The position numbers and the translations under genes were made by a program. From Balamuthia mandrillaris (Eukaryota), in contig JAVKOQ020000062.1 in assembly GCA_031835245.2 (NCBI GenBank), forward strand, positions 186,001 through 227,265: a DNA stretch of 41,265 bases, read 5' to 3'. The notes beneath the pieces are model-generated. The model did no database searches and was not told the DNA's origin. It saw only the letters and a program-made list of their open reading frames with translations. Positions 24,467 to 38,327 of this stretch are shown here, piece after piece. The first letter of the stretch is position 1. The number at the start of each line of letters is the position of its first letter.

Positions 24467-25502
24467 CTGTACATCTTTCTGCTTCTCTTCGCTGCAACTC
24501 ATTATTCCGCTGCTTTTAAATGTGGCGCTGCAGAATACATCAAAACGACAAGAATGGTAGTGTTGGGAATATGCGTTGCGTTCAACGCGTTGATTGCTCT
24601 CTTGATTAAGTTCCAAGTCACCAAGCTGCTTGCCTCCGAACAACGTCTCAAGAACACAAAGCTGCAACGCACCCAGGTTTTCTTCCTTTTCAATTTTCTT
24701 CCTTATCTTTTGTTTCTTTTTGTTATCTGCTTATTATTTTACTTTTCTACTGACCACAATTTCCTTAACAAAACAGCAAACAGTGGTAATGTCCTCTCTC
24801 CTCAACAAGCGCCTCCTCCCTGAATGGAGCTGGATGCCGACCTGCGGCAACGTGTCCTGCCTACTCGCCTTCTTCCTCAGCCTCTATCTCAACCTGCACT
24901 ACCTGCACGGCTCCGAGGTGAGCGTCTTTGTGCTCGCTCCGATTTTACTATTGCTCAACCAGGATAGACGTCTCTTTCCAATGCTCTCCTCCTCCGCTTT
25001 CTCCTCGAGTAGATACTTCCCGTTGATTCTATTCTCCTCGCTCTTCTTCTTCCTTCGCAGCTGCTTCTATCTTCTTTCTGCATTACTTCTCTACGTCAGT
25101 TACACCTTTGCCGCTTTTGCGATTGATAGCTTTACTTTCTATGCTTCGCTCTCCCTGTTGGGCGTTCCGTTCATCGAAGACCTCTCATTCTTCCTCCTCC
25201 TGAAGAACACCGTCTTCCTCCTTTGTGCTGCCCCCATTCACGTCATCTTCATTCTCTGGTTAATCCATTTGGAATCCGCTTCACCCTCCTCTGCGTCTTC
25301 CGCTTCTTCCGCCAAGTGGATCATGAGAAGAGAGCCGACGCGTTCTTCGTTGTTGTTGCTGTTGGCTCCGGTCTGTTTGTTGGGCATGATCTTTGCCAAC
25401 TTGTTGAGCGTCAGCATCTTGTGCATGGTCGCGCTGTTGATGATCGGCGTGCAGTTTTACGTGGACAAGCAGATACGCCGCACCGGAATGCAAAGCCTTT
25501 AA
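20227..25502 (+). CDS. NEF1: Polytopic membrane protein homologous to plant NO EXINE FORMATION 1, many exons
   Basis: FGHNTR..AFVPCA..ALGG, GIWATVQWTWLQ, MERMLFA, LFHIAIHH, FEYRVIFHSY..IPLSPPWNYIFVT, MPTCGNV, FVLAPILLLLNQD..RYFP, in the order I recall for plant NEF1. Confidence 0.85.
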
Positions 25503-25815
25503 ACACGACAACCCTGTTTAACCGAAAACTGTTTTAACATTTTATTTTTTTTTTAAAACAGCGTTTTCATTTTGAGACAATGAAAAATAAAATAATCATT
25601 ACAGCCCAGCCATCCACGGATGAACGGGTGAGGCGAAGAGGAAGATAACGGAGCGGAGCTCTCCCAAAAAAGATACGGAGAGTAATAATACATTGTATAA
25701 ATGAGGCCTCGCTATAATGGGTTGAAACGCCTTAAACAACATTACAGAAGATAAGAGACACAGATAGACGTTGCGACGACCGAAACCAAATATATATATA
25801 TTTAAAACAAATACA

Positions 25816-26866
25816 ATGAGCAGTGCTGCAGAGGATGAGGCAGTTGAAGCTGGGGACGTCAAGCTGCACGGTGGAGTGTTTGGAAAGTACACCTTTGACA
25901 AGCGGCTTAACTCGGAGTACGAAAAGAAAAAAAAACACAACTCTCCCTTCCTTTTCTCTTTTGTTTGTAACTCTTTCGGTTTGAACGCCGCATGCTCATG
26001 TTCTGGGTGTTTATGTTTCTGTTCCAGAGGAGGCGTGGTGGAGTTTGCGACGTTGAACGCGGCCAAGCCAACAACCGTCGTGAGGCAGACGGCAACGCAC
26101 GAGGAGTCCAACGGCAAGAACAGCACCCGAACGGTGGTGGACCTCGACAAGGAGGTCGACATCTCTGCGCATGTTTCGGAGGAATGGGAGTGGCAAGACT
26201 ATGAGAACATCGAACGATACGTGAAGGCCTCTTCTCAATTCAAGTATCTTTTTGCTCTTCCATCACCTGTTTATTGTATACTCTTCATGGCTCCCATCCT
26301 TCTTGCTTTTTTCTCCTTGTCTTAGTCTCTTTCTTTCCCTGTCCCCCTCGTTCTCCTGTGAAAATAACTCTTGGCCTTTTGTTTCGTACAGGCGCCTGGC
26401 CATCAAGAAATGCGTGGACCCCATGCCGGACCTCTGTTCCAACATCACGGCCATCGTCAAGCCGCATTACTCCAACGTCTACCGCAGCCACTACTATTGT
26501 TGTGTAACAACCACGGACTCCACCATCTACATCTACCCTGACACGAAGACGGTTCGCGCATTACGCTCCACCGGCATGACGGTCGGCTTCTTCATCGGCG
26601 GTCTGGTCATCGGCGGGGTTGTCTTCCTGGCGGTGCGGCACGCCATGACAAAGACCTACAAAGCCAAGATGCATTACCCATTCTTGGTGGAGGAGGATGC
26701 CCTATGGGAGGAGTTTCAGGACAAGTTCTTGGAGGGAACCAGGGCGGAGGGTGCACGCGACAGGGCGGAGGAGGCAGCGGAGAGGCAGAGAAGGAAGGCG
26801 GAGGAGAAAGAGGAGAAGCAACGGAGGAAGCGGGACAAAAAGGAAAAGAAAAACAGTAACCCCTAG
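25816..26866 (+). CDS. Single-pass membrane protein of unknown function, 3 exons (start uncertain)
   Basis: Two GT-AG introns (~25917-26027, ~26243-26391) link ORFs; Cys-containing segment, TM GMTVGFFIGGLVIGGVVFLAV, K/E-rich tail. Confidence 0.6.
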
Positions 26867-27496
26867 AAAAAAAAAAAAAAAACAATGGAACAGTCAAACC
26901 GTTGTTCCAACGCTGCTTTGTAAGTTTGTTTTTGGCGTTTCATTCTTGCATGGTGAAGAAGAAAAGCGAGACCACAAAGTCAAGAGATAGCCAGCCAGGA
27001 GAGAACACGTTTGCATAAGGAGGGCCTTGAGGAAGCGTTTTCTCTCATTGTCTGTTCTGCTCGGTAATTTCGCCAACAGACGACGAATTCATGACGACAT
27101 GATAACTTAGAGAAATATTCATGACGACATGTATATTCATATTGCAAAAATTTTCCAAGAAATAAATTTTTCAAATAGCACCAATTGACGAAAAATTAAT
27201 GGCCCCTTTTTATAATTATCTGTTTTTTTTCTTTTCTTTTTCTCTTCGTCGTCTTTTAGTTTCTTCCTTTTGCTCTCTCTCGTTCTCGTGTGCCCTGTGT
27301 GTTCTCGCCGTAGTAAGTAGTACGCCTTCCTACTTTTTTTTTTTTGACTGCGCGTTTGTTTGTTCTCTCTCTCTCTCGTTTGTTTCTTTCACGGCCCAAA
27401 AGACAACATCCGAACTGAACTGATTTTTCTTTCTTCCAATCCGAAAATAAAAAACGTTAAATAGAACCAGAAGAACAAAAAAAAAAAAGAAACAAA

Positions 27497-30400
27497 ATGG
27501 GTTGTTGTCCGTCGACTATGGCCGAAGCTCTCGGCGAGAGGCAAGCCCTCTTGGGGAATACCTTCAACAACGCGGTGGAGCGCCAGGTCCATCAGGCCGA
27601 GCGCAAGGTGGAGGCCGCCGGCAAGCGGCAGATGAACGAACAGAAGGAGAAAGCGGTGAAGGCGGTCAAGGAGGAGGTCCTCCCGTCGTCTTCCTCCTCT
27701 GCGGAGAAAAAGAAAAAGGAGGAGAACGACAAGAAAGACAAGGGAGGGCCGTCTTCTTCTTCGACGTCCTCGGCCAAGACCAAGAAAGCCACCACCGAAG
27801 AACAGGTTCAGTTGTTTGAGAAGCTTTTGCAAGAGAAACCAAACTCTTTCTCTTCGGGTACTTTTTTTTCTTTCATACTCTTTGTTACTCTCTGTCTCTG
27901 TCTCTCTGTCTCTCTGTCTCTCTGTCTCTCTGTCTCTCTGTCTCTCTGTCTCTCTGTCTCTCTCTCTGTCTCTGTCTCTCTGTCTCTCTCTCTGTCTCTG
28001 TCTCTCTTGCCCTCTCTCTCTCTGTCTCTGTCTCTTTGTCTCTGTCTCTGTCTCTGTCTCTGTCTCTGTCGTCTGTCTCTGTCTCTCTGTCTCTCTGTCT
28101 CTCTGTCTCTCTGTCTCTCTGTCTCTCTGTCTCTCTGTCTTTCTGTCTCTCTGTCTCTGTCTCTGTCGCCTACTCAAGTGTTAGATATTCTTTCTTACTC
28201 TCTCTCTCTCTCTCTCTCTCTCTGTTTCTGTTTTGTAAAACTAATCTCATTGTCGTTCGTGCACACAGTTTCTGAACTAGCAAACTTCTACGACAAAGTG
28301 TTGGCTCCAGTGCCTCCCAACTATCGTTTGAGCCGCGCTCTTCTTCTCAAAGACTGGGCCGAGTCTCTTCATCCTTTCGTCTCTTCATCCTCCTCCTCTT
28401 CCTCCGAAGAGAGCATTCAGTTCCTTCTTCACACTGTTCAACTCTACAACATTGCTCTCTGTCAGCTCGGCTCGACTTCTTCCAACGATAAGAAAGTGGA
28501 GGAGACAGCCGAACAGATAACCAAACAATTGCTTGAAACGGAGTCGGAGGCTCTCTCTTCCCTACTTTCCTTCTCCGAGGATACTCCCTTCAAGGCGGAC
28601 TCGTTCCAGGAGCATCGCAAGGAGTTGGCTGCTTTGCGTCAATCCATCGCTGCCTCCCTCTCGTCCTCGTCCCCTCGCGAGCTCAGCAAGCGTTACAGCA
28701 ACGGAGCTAAGCAGCTTCTGAACAAGCTGTTGGAGGCTTTCCGTTGGCAGGAGAAGCTTCCTTCCTCTCTGCGTTTGGCTTTGCTGAGCGGAGGAAGCAT
28801 GGGACGCAAGCAGATGTGCCCTTACTCCGATGTAGAGTATGTCCTGTTGGTGGACGATGAGGCGGGTGAAGGCTTGTCAGCGGAATTGAAGGAAAAGTTG
28901 AGGCGATTGGCGTTGGTCTTCCAGTTATTGGTCACAAATCTTGGAGAGACCCCCAATAAGTTTGTCGAGGTAATTTCTTTTTTCGTCTCAGCTGCTTCCT
29001 CCGCCTCTCCTCTCGCTTTGCCACTCCACATGTTTGACTCCTTGCTTATTGCTTCTCTTTTTTCGAACACACATAGGGACTTCCGCACAGCGTGGTCGAG
29101 CAGAAGCAAGGTCTGAGCGTGGATGAGAACTTCAACCCCATTCGAGACCCCGACCAGGCCATCCTCTCCCCTCCTCTCTTCCTCTCCATGCTGCAGCCTC
29201 GCTTGCTCCTCGGTGAGGTCCATCTCGATCCGTTGGTCACTTCACTCCGCTTCTCTACCTTTTTGGCCGGAGACAAACAGCTCTGGAAGGACACTACAGA
29301 GCGTATCCAAAAGGAGGTCTATGGAAAGGACAAGGAGACTTGTCATCAATTGGGCGAGGCCACCATGAAGGAGTTTTGTACGGGACGTTACGAAGTGGAC
29401 TTTGAGCGAGTCCTCTTCTTCAATGTCAAGGAGCATCTCTACAGAAAGTTCATGGGAGTGATCACTGGCTTGGCTCTCTACCATGGCATCGTGAAAGGAA
29501 ACGCATGGAAGCAAATCGAGGTGTTGAGAGAGAAAGGAAAGATCACCAAGGAGGGCGCCAACAATCTCTTGCGATGCCTCGACCTCATCATGAGCCTTCG
29601 GATACGCACTCATCTTCATTACAAGACCGAACAAGAAACCGTTTATCACAAAACCGGAGAGGAGAAAGGAGAGGAGGAGAAGGAAGATCCTGAAGAGATT
29701 GGCAAGTTCTGGTTGAGCGAGGAGGACGCCAAGGCCTTGCAGGAGATATACTTGGTGTTGATCATGTTGGACTTGACCGCCGCCAAGTTCTTAGACAAGG
29801 AAAAACCTCAGCGTGATGCCTTCAAGAAGAGCGAGCTGAAGGTTTGGCTTGCCTCTTTGTTTTTTGTTGGTTTTTCTATTATTTATTTACGTTTCTATTC
29901 TTTACTTGACAGATTGAATCTAACGAGACGCAAGGCATGGTAGCCTTCCGTATGGGACAATGGAAGGAAGCCACCGACTGCTTCGGAGCCATGCTCAGCG
30001 TGGAGCGCGACCAACACTCCTCCGAGACCCTGCGTCTGGCCACTCGTTACTTGGCCTTTGCCCTCTTCAACAGCGCCAAGACTGCTGAAGCTCAGAGGCG
30101 CTTCTCAGAGGCTCTTTCTCTGGATCGAGACGAGCAAGATCTGCTCAATGCCAGCTTGGACTTGGAGTTCCTAGCTCGTTGCTCCCTTCGTACCGCTCGT
30201 GAGTCAAAGGATGAGAAGGAGGCTCAAACCGCACTTGAACACTTGAAAGAGGCTGAATCCATCGCCAAAGACATTATCTCGTCTTCCTCTTCCTCTTCTG
30301 AAGTCACTGAAGAAGAAAAACGATTGCAACGAGCTGTCAAGCAACGTTTGGCCTCCGTTTATCGCGCTCAAGGAGAAGCCTTCCTCCTTCGTCGCGAGTT

Positions 30401-30788
30401 CAAATCCGCCGAAGAGAGCTTCCTCAACTCTATCGCTACTGACGAGCAAGTTCACGGCCCTCAACGTCAGCACCAATCCTTCCTCGATGCTCTGGACGGT
30501 CTGGTGGCAGTCTACGAGGCGGCTGGAGAGAAGGAAAAGGCTCAAGAAGCGCAAGCTCAAAAGTTGCTCCTCGCTAGAAGGATGCACGGCGCTCAGCACG
30601 TGGGCGGAGCCGACGCTCTGTTCAAAGTCTTGGCCGCGGCCTCTCCCTATCTGAGCATTGCGGCTGGCGTGGTGGGCACCATAGCCATGGAAGTGGTGAA
30701 CGCGGAGCTGGAGAACGAGAAGAGGGAGCTGCAGAGGAAAGCCAAGGAGGAGATGAACAAGGCTGCTGAGAGCTTAAAGTTCTGGTAA
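27497..30788 (+). CDS. N-myristoylated/palmitoylated DUF294-like (GlnD/GlnE-type) nucleotidyltransferase with helical substrate-binding region and C-terminal TPRs; exons 27497-27857, 28269-28969, 29077-29841, 29913-30788
   Basis: MGCCPS start; [16 protein letters not shown] = GS-x10-Dx[33 protein letters not shown]-like helices; all three introns GT-AG and phase-consistent. Confidence 0.8.
27888..28165. repeat. (CTCTGT/CTCTCTGT)n compound microsatellite in intron 1
   Basis: Directly visible. Confidence 0.95.
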
Positions 30789-30876
30789 AAAAAAAAACAA
30801 GAGCAAGCGTTCATTGTGTTGGTGAAATGTATTTGTTATCTCAACAAAAAAACAATGTGGCTTTTCTTCTCTTTAT

Positions 30877-31135
30877 AAAAAGGGGTAATCATCTACTTCC
30901 CCCTCAGGGCAACCCCTGCTCGCGAGCCCACGGCAACACTTCCTGGTGGCCATTTTCGGCGGCAGCAGCCGTGGTTCGTGCATCCCAAGGGCACCCATTC
31001 GTTCGCGCCCATTTCAGCACCTCCAAACACCCGTTGCCCGCCGCAAGGGCGCAGGTCCAGCCGTCCCAAGGGCATCAGCTTGGTCGTCCGGTTAATTCTT
31101 GCGTCGTTTCGGTCCCTCCATCCTGAGCAGTTAGA
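30877..31135 (-). ncRNA. Candidate structured ncRNA, ~260 nt, family unassigned
   Basis: GC-rich island with several stems; G-U pairs favour minus strand; TATAAAG ~30 nt upstream; terminal hairpin followed by T5. Confidence 0.45.
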
Positions 31136-31360
31136 AAAGGTTTTTGTCGTTATTTGTAAAAACCTTTATAAGGAGAGGACTGCCAAACTTTTGATTTTTG
31201 ATTGGTGATTTTGACCAAGAATATGCCGATCGGAGAAAAACCATATAATTCATTGGCTAAAAATTCCCCGAATGACGTCAACACATCGGGGATTTAACAT
31301 TATGATAAAAATACACAAAACCAGAAACAAGAACATTGCATCGATAACAAACCACAAAAG

Positions 31361-32774
<1,414 letters not shown>

Positions 32775-33302
32775 GCTATGAACTCTCAAGACAATGCGTG
32801 TGAACAAAAGATATTTGCGACTAGCGAGCAGCGTCTTTGATGGTTGCAGCGTGTTAAAACACAAACAAAGAAGATATTAAAACGATCCACAACAAACACT
32901 TTTCAGGCAGAAAGAGGCGAGGAGGTCTCTTTGTTCTCACTCTGGCTTCTGGTGGTTAAGCCTTTTTGCGGGACTCCTAAAACCAATGATCAGCAAGAGG
33001 AACTGCCCAGAAGTGTTCGGCGGAGTTCGTCGGTGTTCGGCAGTGACGACCACTAAAATCCTAACGGTGTCCGGTCACCCTCCTGTTGCTATCACCTGGT
33101 TTTCAAACATGGAGGGAGGTCGTCTGGGAACCGAAGAATGAATTGCTATTATCCTCAATAGCATGGATGCGAATTGCCCCATCATCGGCACATTGATGAA
33201 ACGTATGCATCGTCCCCAACAAATAATCTGTTCAACTACAAACTCCGCCAGGCTAGTGCTGTTGGAAGGACGAGCAGAAGGGGAAGGCCGCGTGGCGGGA
33301 AG

Positions 33303-36106
33303 ATGAAGCTGAGCGTGGCTGTTGTAGCGGTTCTCGTTCTGCTCGGCCTCAACGCTTGTGATGGGGATGTAATGCGTTGGAGAAATGTGGGGATCAGCGG
33401 CTTCTGGTTCGTTCTCCTTACCTCCGCTGTTTTATTTATTTGTTGGTCTTGTGGCTCTCAAGTTCAACAACTAAACAAAAAGGGATGACCCAACCAACTG
33501 GGTGTCGGAGGAGGATGGAGCGGCACGCGTGCCCACCAAAGAGGACGACGTGGTCCTTGGCGACGAGTTGGACTTGCGTTTCCTTGGCGTCTACACCATC
33601 ACTGTTTTTGTTCGTTTTTTTTTAAAGCCCCGCCCTCTTCCTTCTCTCTTCTTTCTCTCTGCCCTCTTCTTTCTCTGTTTTCCTTCTTAGTTGTCTTACT
33701 GCACTCTGCACGTTCGGCGTTCTGTTTCATCACTTCTCTGATCTCTCCGGTGCTAAACATGAAATACAACAAAAACAAACAGAGAGCAGATAGACCCGTT
33801 GAGGTGAACTCCTTGAGCATTCACAGTATTCAGCAATGCGAGGCCTCCTTGTACGGCGCTTACAGCGTGTGGAACGGAACTCATTATCTCCCTCAGGGCA
33901 GTGATTACCTGGGGAAAAGGTATTTAAGCGGGGTACTTCTGGACGTGGTGGCCCCCACCACGTTGGTGGTGCACCGCTCAGGGGAAGGAGCCATGACAAT
34001 TGGAGAAAACTCGATGTTGAGAATGAGTGGCAGTGTTGAAGACCCCTGGCTTCCTCCGTGCGTATCCCACTTCATTCCTAGATATTGTTCAAAAACTAAA
34101 ACCCGAGAGACGACAGCCAGTTGGCGTTCGCAAATGGAGGTTCTTTGGTGCTTCAATATGGAAGCGAGTGGACTGGCAACGGGGTTATCCTTGGCAACGT
34201 AAAGGCGGGGCGCAGAGCCAAGATTCGTCCTTTGGTGTGGTGGAAAGGACAACCCTACCCTGATGAAGGGCTGCTTGGAGGGACGCTTCAAGTGACTGGC
34301 AATCTTTCCTTAAGCGGTGCCAATCTTGATATCTTTGGTTGGGTCTTTGCTCTCTTTTATGCTTTTCCAAAGTCCTCCTCTTTTTGTTGCTTCTTCCTCT
34401 TGTCCTTTTCTGCTTCTCACTGAACACGTGAAGTGAACGGCTTGAAGAAAAAGAGCTTTTCTCAGATTCGAGTTGCAGGTGAGCTTTATATGCAGCCCCT
34501 CCCTAGAGAAAATTACCTGTACGTATCCACCGGGGGCAATTGGTCCTCCTCCTCCTCCCCCTCTTCCACCAAGTCTCCTTCGTTGGTCCTTTATGAAGAC
34601 CTCAGAGGGGCAAACGGAATTGGCTTCATGCTGCAGCAACTCTTCGCTTTGGAAAACGTTCCGTTGGAACCCATTTCGTTCGTGACGCTAGCTTGCAACG
34701 TGGAACCCGGGGTTGTTGATCCCACCCCTCACAGCTGTCGAGAGCGCACATCGAAGCATGACTTGAGCTTTTTGCTCGCCGCGCCAGGGGCCAGCCAGGA
34801 GTGTCCTGCATGTGCGTTTCTTTTTCAATGACCTATGGTTATTTCTGTTTTCGTGTTCAACTGTTTGTAACTCACTGTGAGGGTGCAACTGCTGTTTAAA
34901 ACCGCAGATAGCTGTCCAGGAAGCCCGCCGTGCTCAGGCCGAGGAACTTGTGAGAGTGGATATTGTATTTGTCATGAAGGGTGGGCTGACCTGGATTGCA
35001 GTGTTGGTTGGTTTGCTTTTGTTTTCATTCCTTTCTTGGACGTGCTTTACCTTGCCTTGCTAAAACCGAGAATTGACCGACTCGTTTCTTTGCTCCATCT
35101 GCAGAGGATTGTCCAGGATTTCCAGATTGTTCCGGCCATGGCTATTGTCTCGTCAATGAGGAGGATCGACCGGTTTGTCAATGCCTTCCTGGTGGGTAAC
35201 TCTTCTTCCCTTTCGTTTGGTGTGGTTGCGAATTGCCTCTTCCCTCACAAAGAATGCTTTGCTTTGGATGAAAAGGATGGGAGGGAAAGGATTGTGGGGA
35301 AGCAAGCTGTCCCAACGATTGCACTGGGGAGGCACATGGGTATTGTGATTCTTCTTCACTGACCCCTCAGTGTGTGTGCAAGCCTGGATATGTGTTAGGG
35401 CCTGAGAAGGATTGCGCTCTTCCCTTCATGATATGCCCTGGTTTCTATTTCCCTTCTTTTCATCTGTGCTGCTTTTGTTTTATTGACAGTCACCTCAAAA
35501 AACCAAAAAAAAAGGATTGGAAGAAGAGTGTTCAGGGTTTGGGGAGTGCAACAGAGAGAACGGCACCTGCTCTTGCCATGCAAACCGCATGGGTGCTGAT
35601 TGTTCCATTCCTTCCTGCCCCTTCTCCCCTCTCTCCACTGAATGTTCCCATCACGGAGAGTGCACCTGGGATGCACTTCTCAACACCTCTCGTTGTCAAT
35701 GCGATGAAGGCTGGGCAGGAGAGGATTGTTCCTCTCCTTCTTTGGATTGCTCTTCTCCCGAAGCATGTTCCGGCCATGGCGTTTGCGTGTCGGAATTGGA
35801 CCCACCGAGATGTCTTTGCGATGGCCCCAAAGACTTTGTGCCTTCTTTTTCACCGGATGAAGACGAGGCAAGAGGGTGGACAGGAGAAGAATGTGAAGTG
35901 TTGGTGTTGGATTGTGCGTCAGAGGAGAGCAAGTGTGGCTCGAGGTGTGGAACCAATGTAACGGAAGGGTTTGGATGCATGATGAATGAATGCCCGTTGG
36001 GTTGGAAAGGATGGGACTGTAACACTCGTACGTTACCATTTCTTTTTGTTTTGCTTCTGCAGTTCGGGAATTTCTTCTCCCTCCCTCTCTCTCTCTCTCT
36101 CTCCCT

Positions 36107-36143
<37 letters not shown>

Positions 36144-37162
36144 TCTCTCTCTTGTCTCCACGCACCAACATTTTATGGTGTGTAGCCGTGTGTTTGAACA
36201 CAGGAAATCCAGAATGTCACGGGCATGGGAGGTGTGTGGGGCCTCAAGACAAAAGCTCACCCCCACAATGCCAATGCAGAGACGGATGGCTCCCTCCTGA
36301 TTGTCGCTTGGGTTTGTCTCTTTCCCTTCCCCTCTTTCCTCCATTTTGAAACCCTTTGTCTTTGCGGATTGTGACTGTGCTGACCATTTGTTGGCATCTG
36401 CTCCATCAGCATCGTGCAGTGTGGTTGGAGAAGGAGAAGAGGAATGCTCCGGTCGAGGAACCTGCAATACAGATCTCTCTCCTCCACGCTGCGTGTGCCA
36501 TCCCTTTGCTTATGGCCCTCTCTGTGAACAATGTTGGTGATCTCTTTTCCATTCTTCTGATTTGTTGATGTTCGCCGTTTTTCTTCATTCTGGACTGACT
36601 TTTCTTTCTTTCTTTCTTTCTTTTCATGTGTTTTGCTTGCCAAGATGATCCTCCATGTGCAGGACATCCCGAAGAATGTTCAGGTCATGGCATTTGCAGA
36701 AACGGAACATGCGAATGTGGTGAGGATTGGAGAGGTTTGGATTGCTCTATCATCGGTAAGTGTTTGCCTCTGTTGTGTGTTTTCTTTTTCTTTGTTTCTG
36801 ACTCCTCCTGACAACCCCATGACAAAACAACAACAACAAGACCATGAAGGAGAATGTCTGAACAACTGTTCATCCAACGGGGTGTGCAAGCCACCTTCAT
36901 CAGGGAGGAAAACGTGGTTGCTGTTTGCCATTGTTTCGAGGGTTGGGCAGGCAGCGATTGCTCCAGAGAAGCCTCCGGGAAGTTGACGGAGGAACAGGAC
37001 TTTATGGACGAGAATCCATGGGCTGTTCCTGTGATCGTTCTGCTCATCATTCTTATTGCTGTGATCATTGCAGTGGTGCTCTCTGCTGTTTTGTATCGTC
37101 GTCGAAGACAAGCACGAGCCAAGACTGCCAAAGCCTTCAGCAGGAACTCAGTTATGGCATAG
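33303..37162 (+). CDS. Type I membrane protein with tenascin-type EGF repeats (adhesin/receptor-like); apparent frameshift near 36888
   Basis: Signal peptide MKLSVAVVAVLVLLG; DDPTNW..VPTKEDDV N-domain; many CSGHG.C...C.C..GW.G.DC repeats; TM WAVPVIVLLIILIAVIIAVVLSAVLY then RRRR. Confidence 0.85.
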
Positions 37163-37234
37163 CCATTAAAAACGAACAAAGGTGCGCATGTGTTTTGTTC
37201 GTTGCTCTGTCACTGCGCTTTTCCTCGTTTCTCT

Positions 37235-37270
<36 letters not shown>

Positions 37271-37436
37271 CTCTCTTACATTCTGTGTAAAATCCAACCC
37301 AGCGCACCGCTCGCGTTCAGTTTGCAGAAGACAAGAATGAACAGCTTCAAGCAAAACAAAGGTTGTTTGTGAATAATGTGCTCTTTCTTTGTTGATGAGA
37401 CAATACATATATGTAATCATCAAAAGAACAACATTA

Positions 37437-38309
37437 TTACGTATTGCTACCAAAAACAAAAAAAAACCAAAATAACCCTAAAAACGAAACTTTTGACAAA
37501 ATATAAAACAAAATACCAAACTGACCGATTTTTGAAATAACTGCTAAAAAGGACAAAACAAGTTCATTAACGCCCTCAAAAATATCGGCAAGCCACCAAT
37601 GAAAAGGTGCAACACCAATTTTAATAGAAAAACCAATTAAAAAAAACATAAAACCAATATAAACTAATGTATCACTAGAAGCCCCTGTCGAAAACACAAG
37701 AAAAACGTCATCAAAAACTATAGAATTTCGGGCGTAAAACATTAAGGATATACCGAATAATAACACACTTGAAGCGAACCCATTTAGTATAAAATACTTC
37801 CAGGCAGATTCCGTTGCCTTTTTAGAATGTGAATCATAGGCCATTAAATAAAACAAAAGGATGGCTTGGGTATCAAGAGATAAAAAAAGCATCAAAAAAT
37901 CGTTTGCTGAAATTAACAAAAACGAAGTGAGTAACAAACTTAAACAAAGTATTAAAAATTCATTTGGTAAATAGGCCAAATTTTTTGGATTAACTAGGTA
38001 AAACAAAAAAAGAATTACAAACGTGAACAAAACAAATGTCTTAAACACATAAGAAAAAAAATCAAAACGCAAACCACCTTGGTAATAAAATACCACATTT
38101 GTTGGAAGAAGCATAAATAAAAAAACAATGGAAATTAAAAGAACTAATGCCATTAAAAGAGATAACTTCCTTGTATTATAATAAAACAACCGGCTAGACG
38201 GATGATTTACACGAAAATTTGAAAAATAACTAAGAAAAATTACAGTAAAAAAAACGAAAAAAAAAATAACAATTTCCGGAATAAAACAAAAAAAAATTAA
38301 AGATTTCAT
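37437..38309 (-). pseudogene. nad2: NADH dehydrogenase subunit 2, 3'-truncated at the junction
   Basis: ISANDFLMLFL, ATESAWKYFIL, KIGVAPFHWWLADIFEG, ISKIG; ends after 290 aa, before the usual KR..AYSSI segment. Confidence 0.85.
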
Positions 38310-38327
38310 TAAATTTTTAATAATAAG

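Noticed and set aside
27389..28275. RQRDRETE / SLSLCL repeat ORFs
   Set aside because: Translations of an intronic microsatellite
30877..31145. Telomerase RNA, SRP RNA or U4atac identity for the ncRNA candidate
   Set aside because: No CCCUAA template, no SRP helix-8 motif, no Sm site
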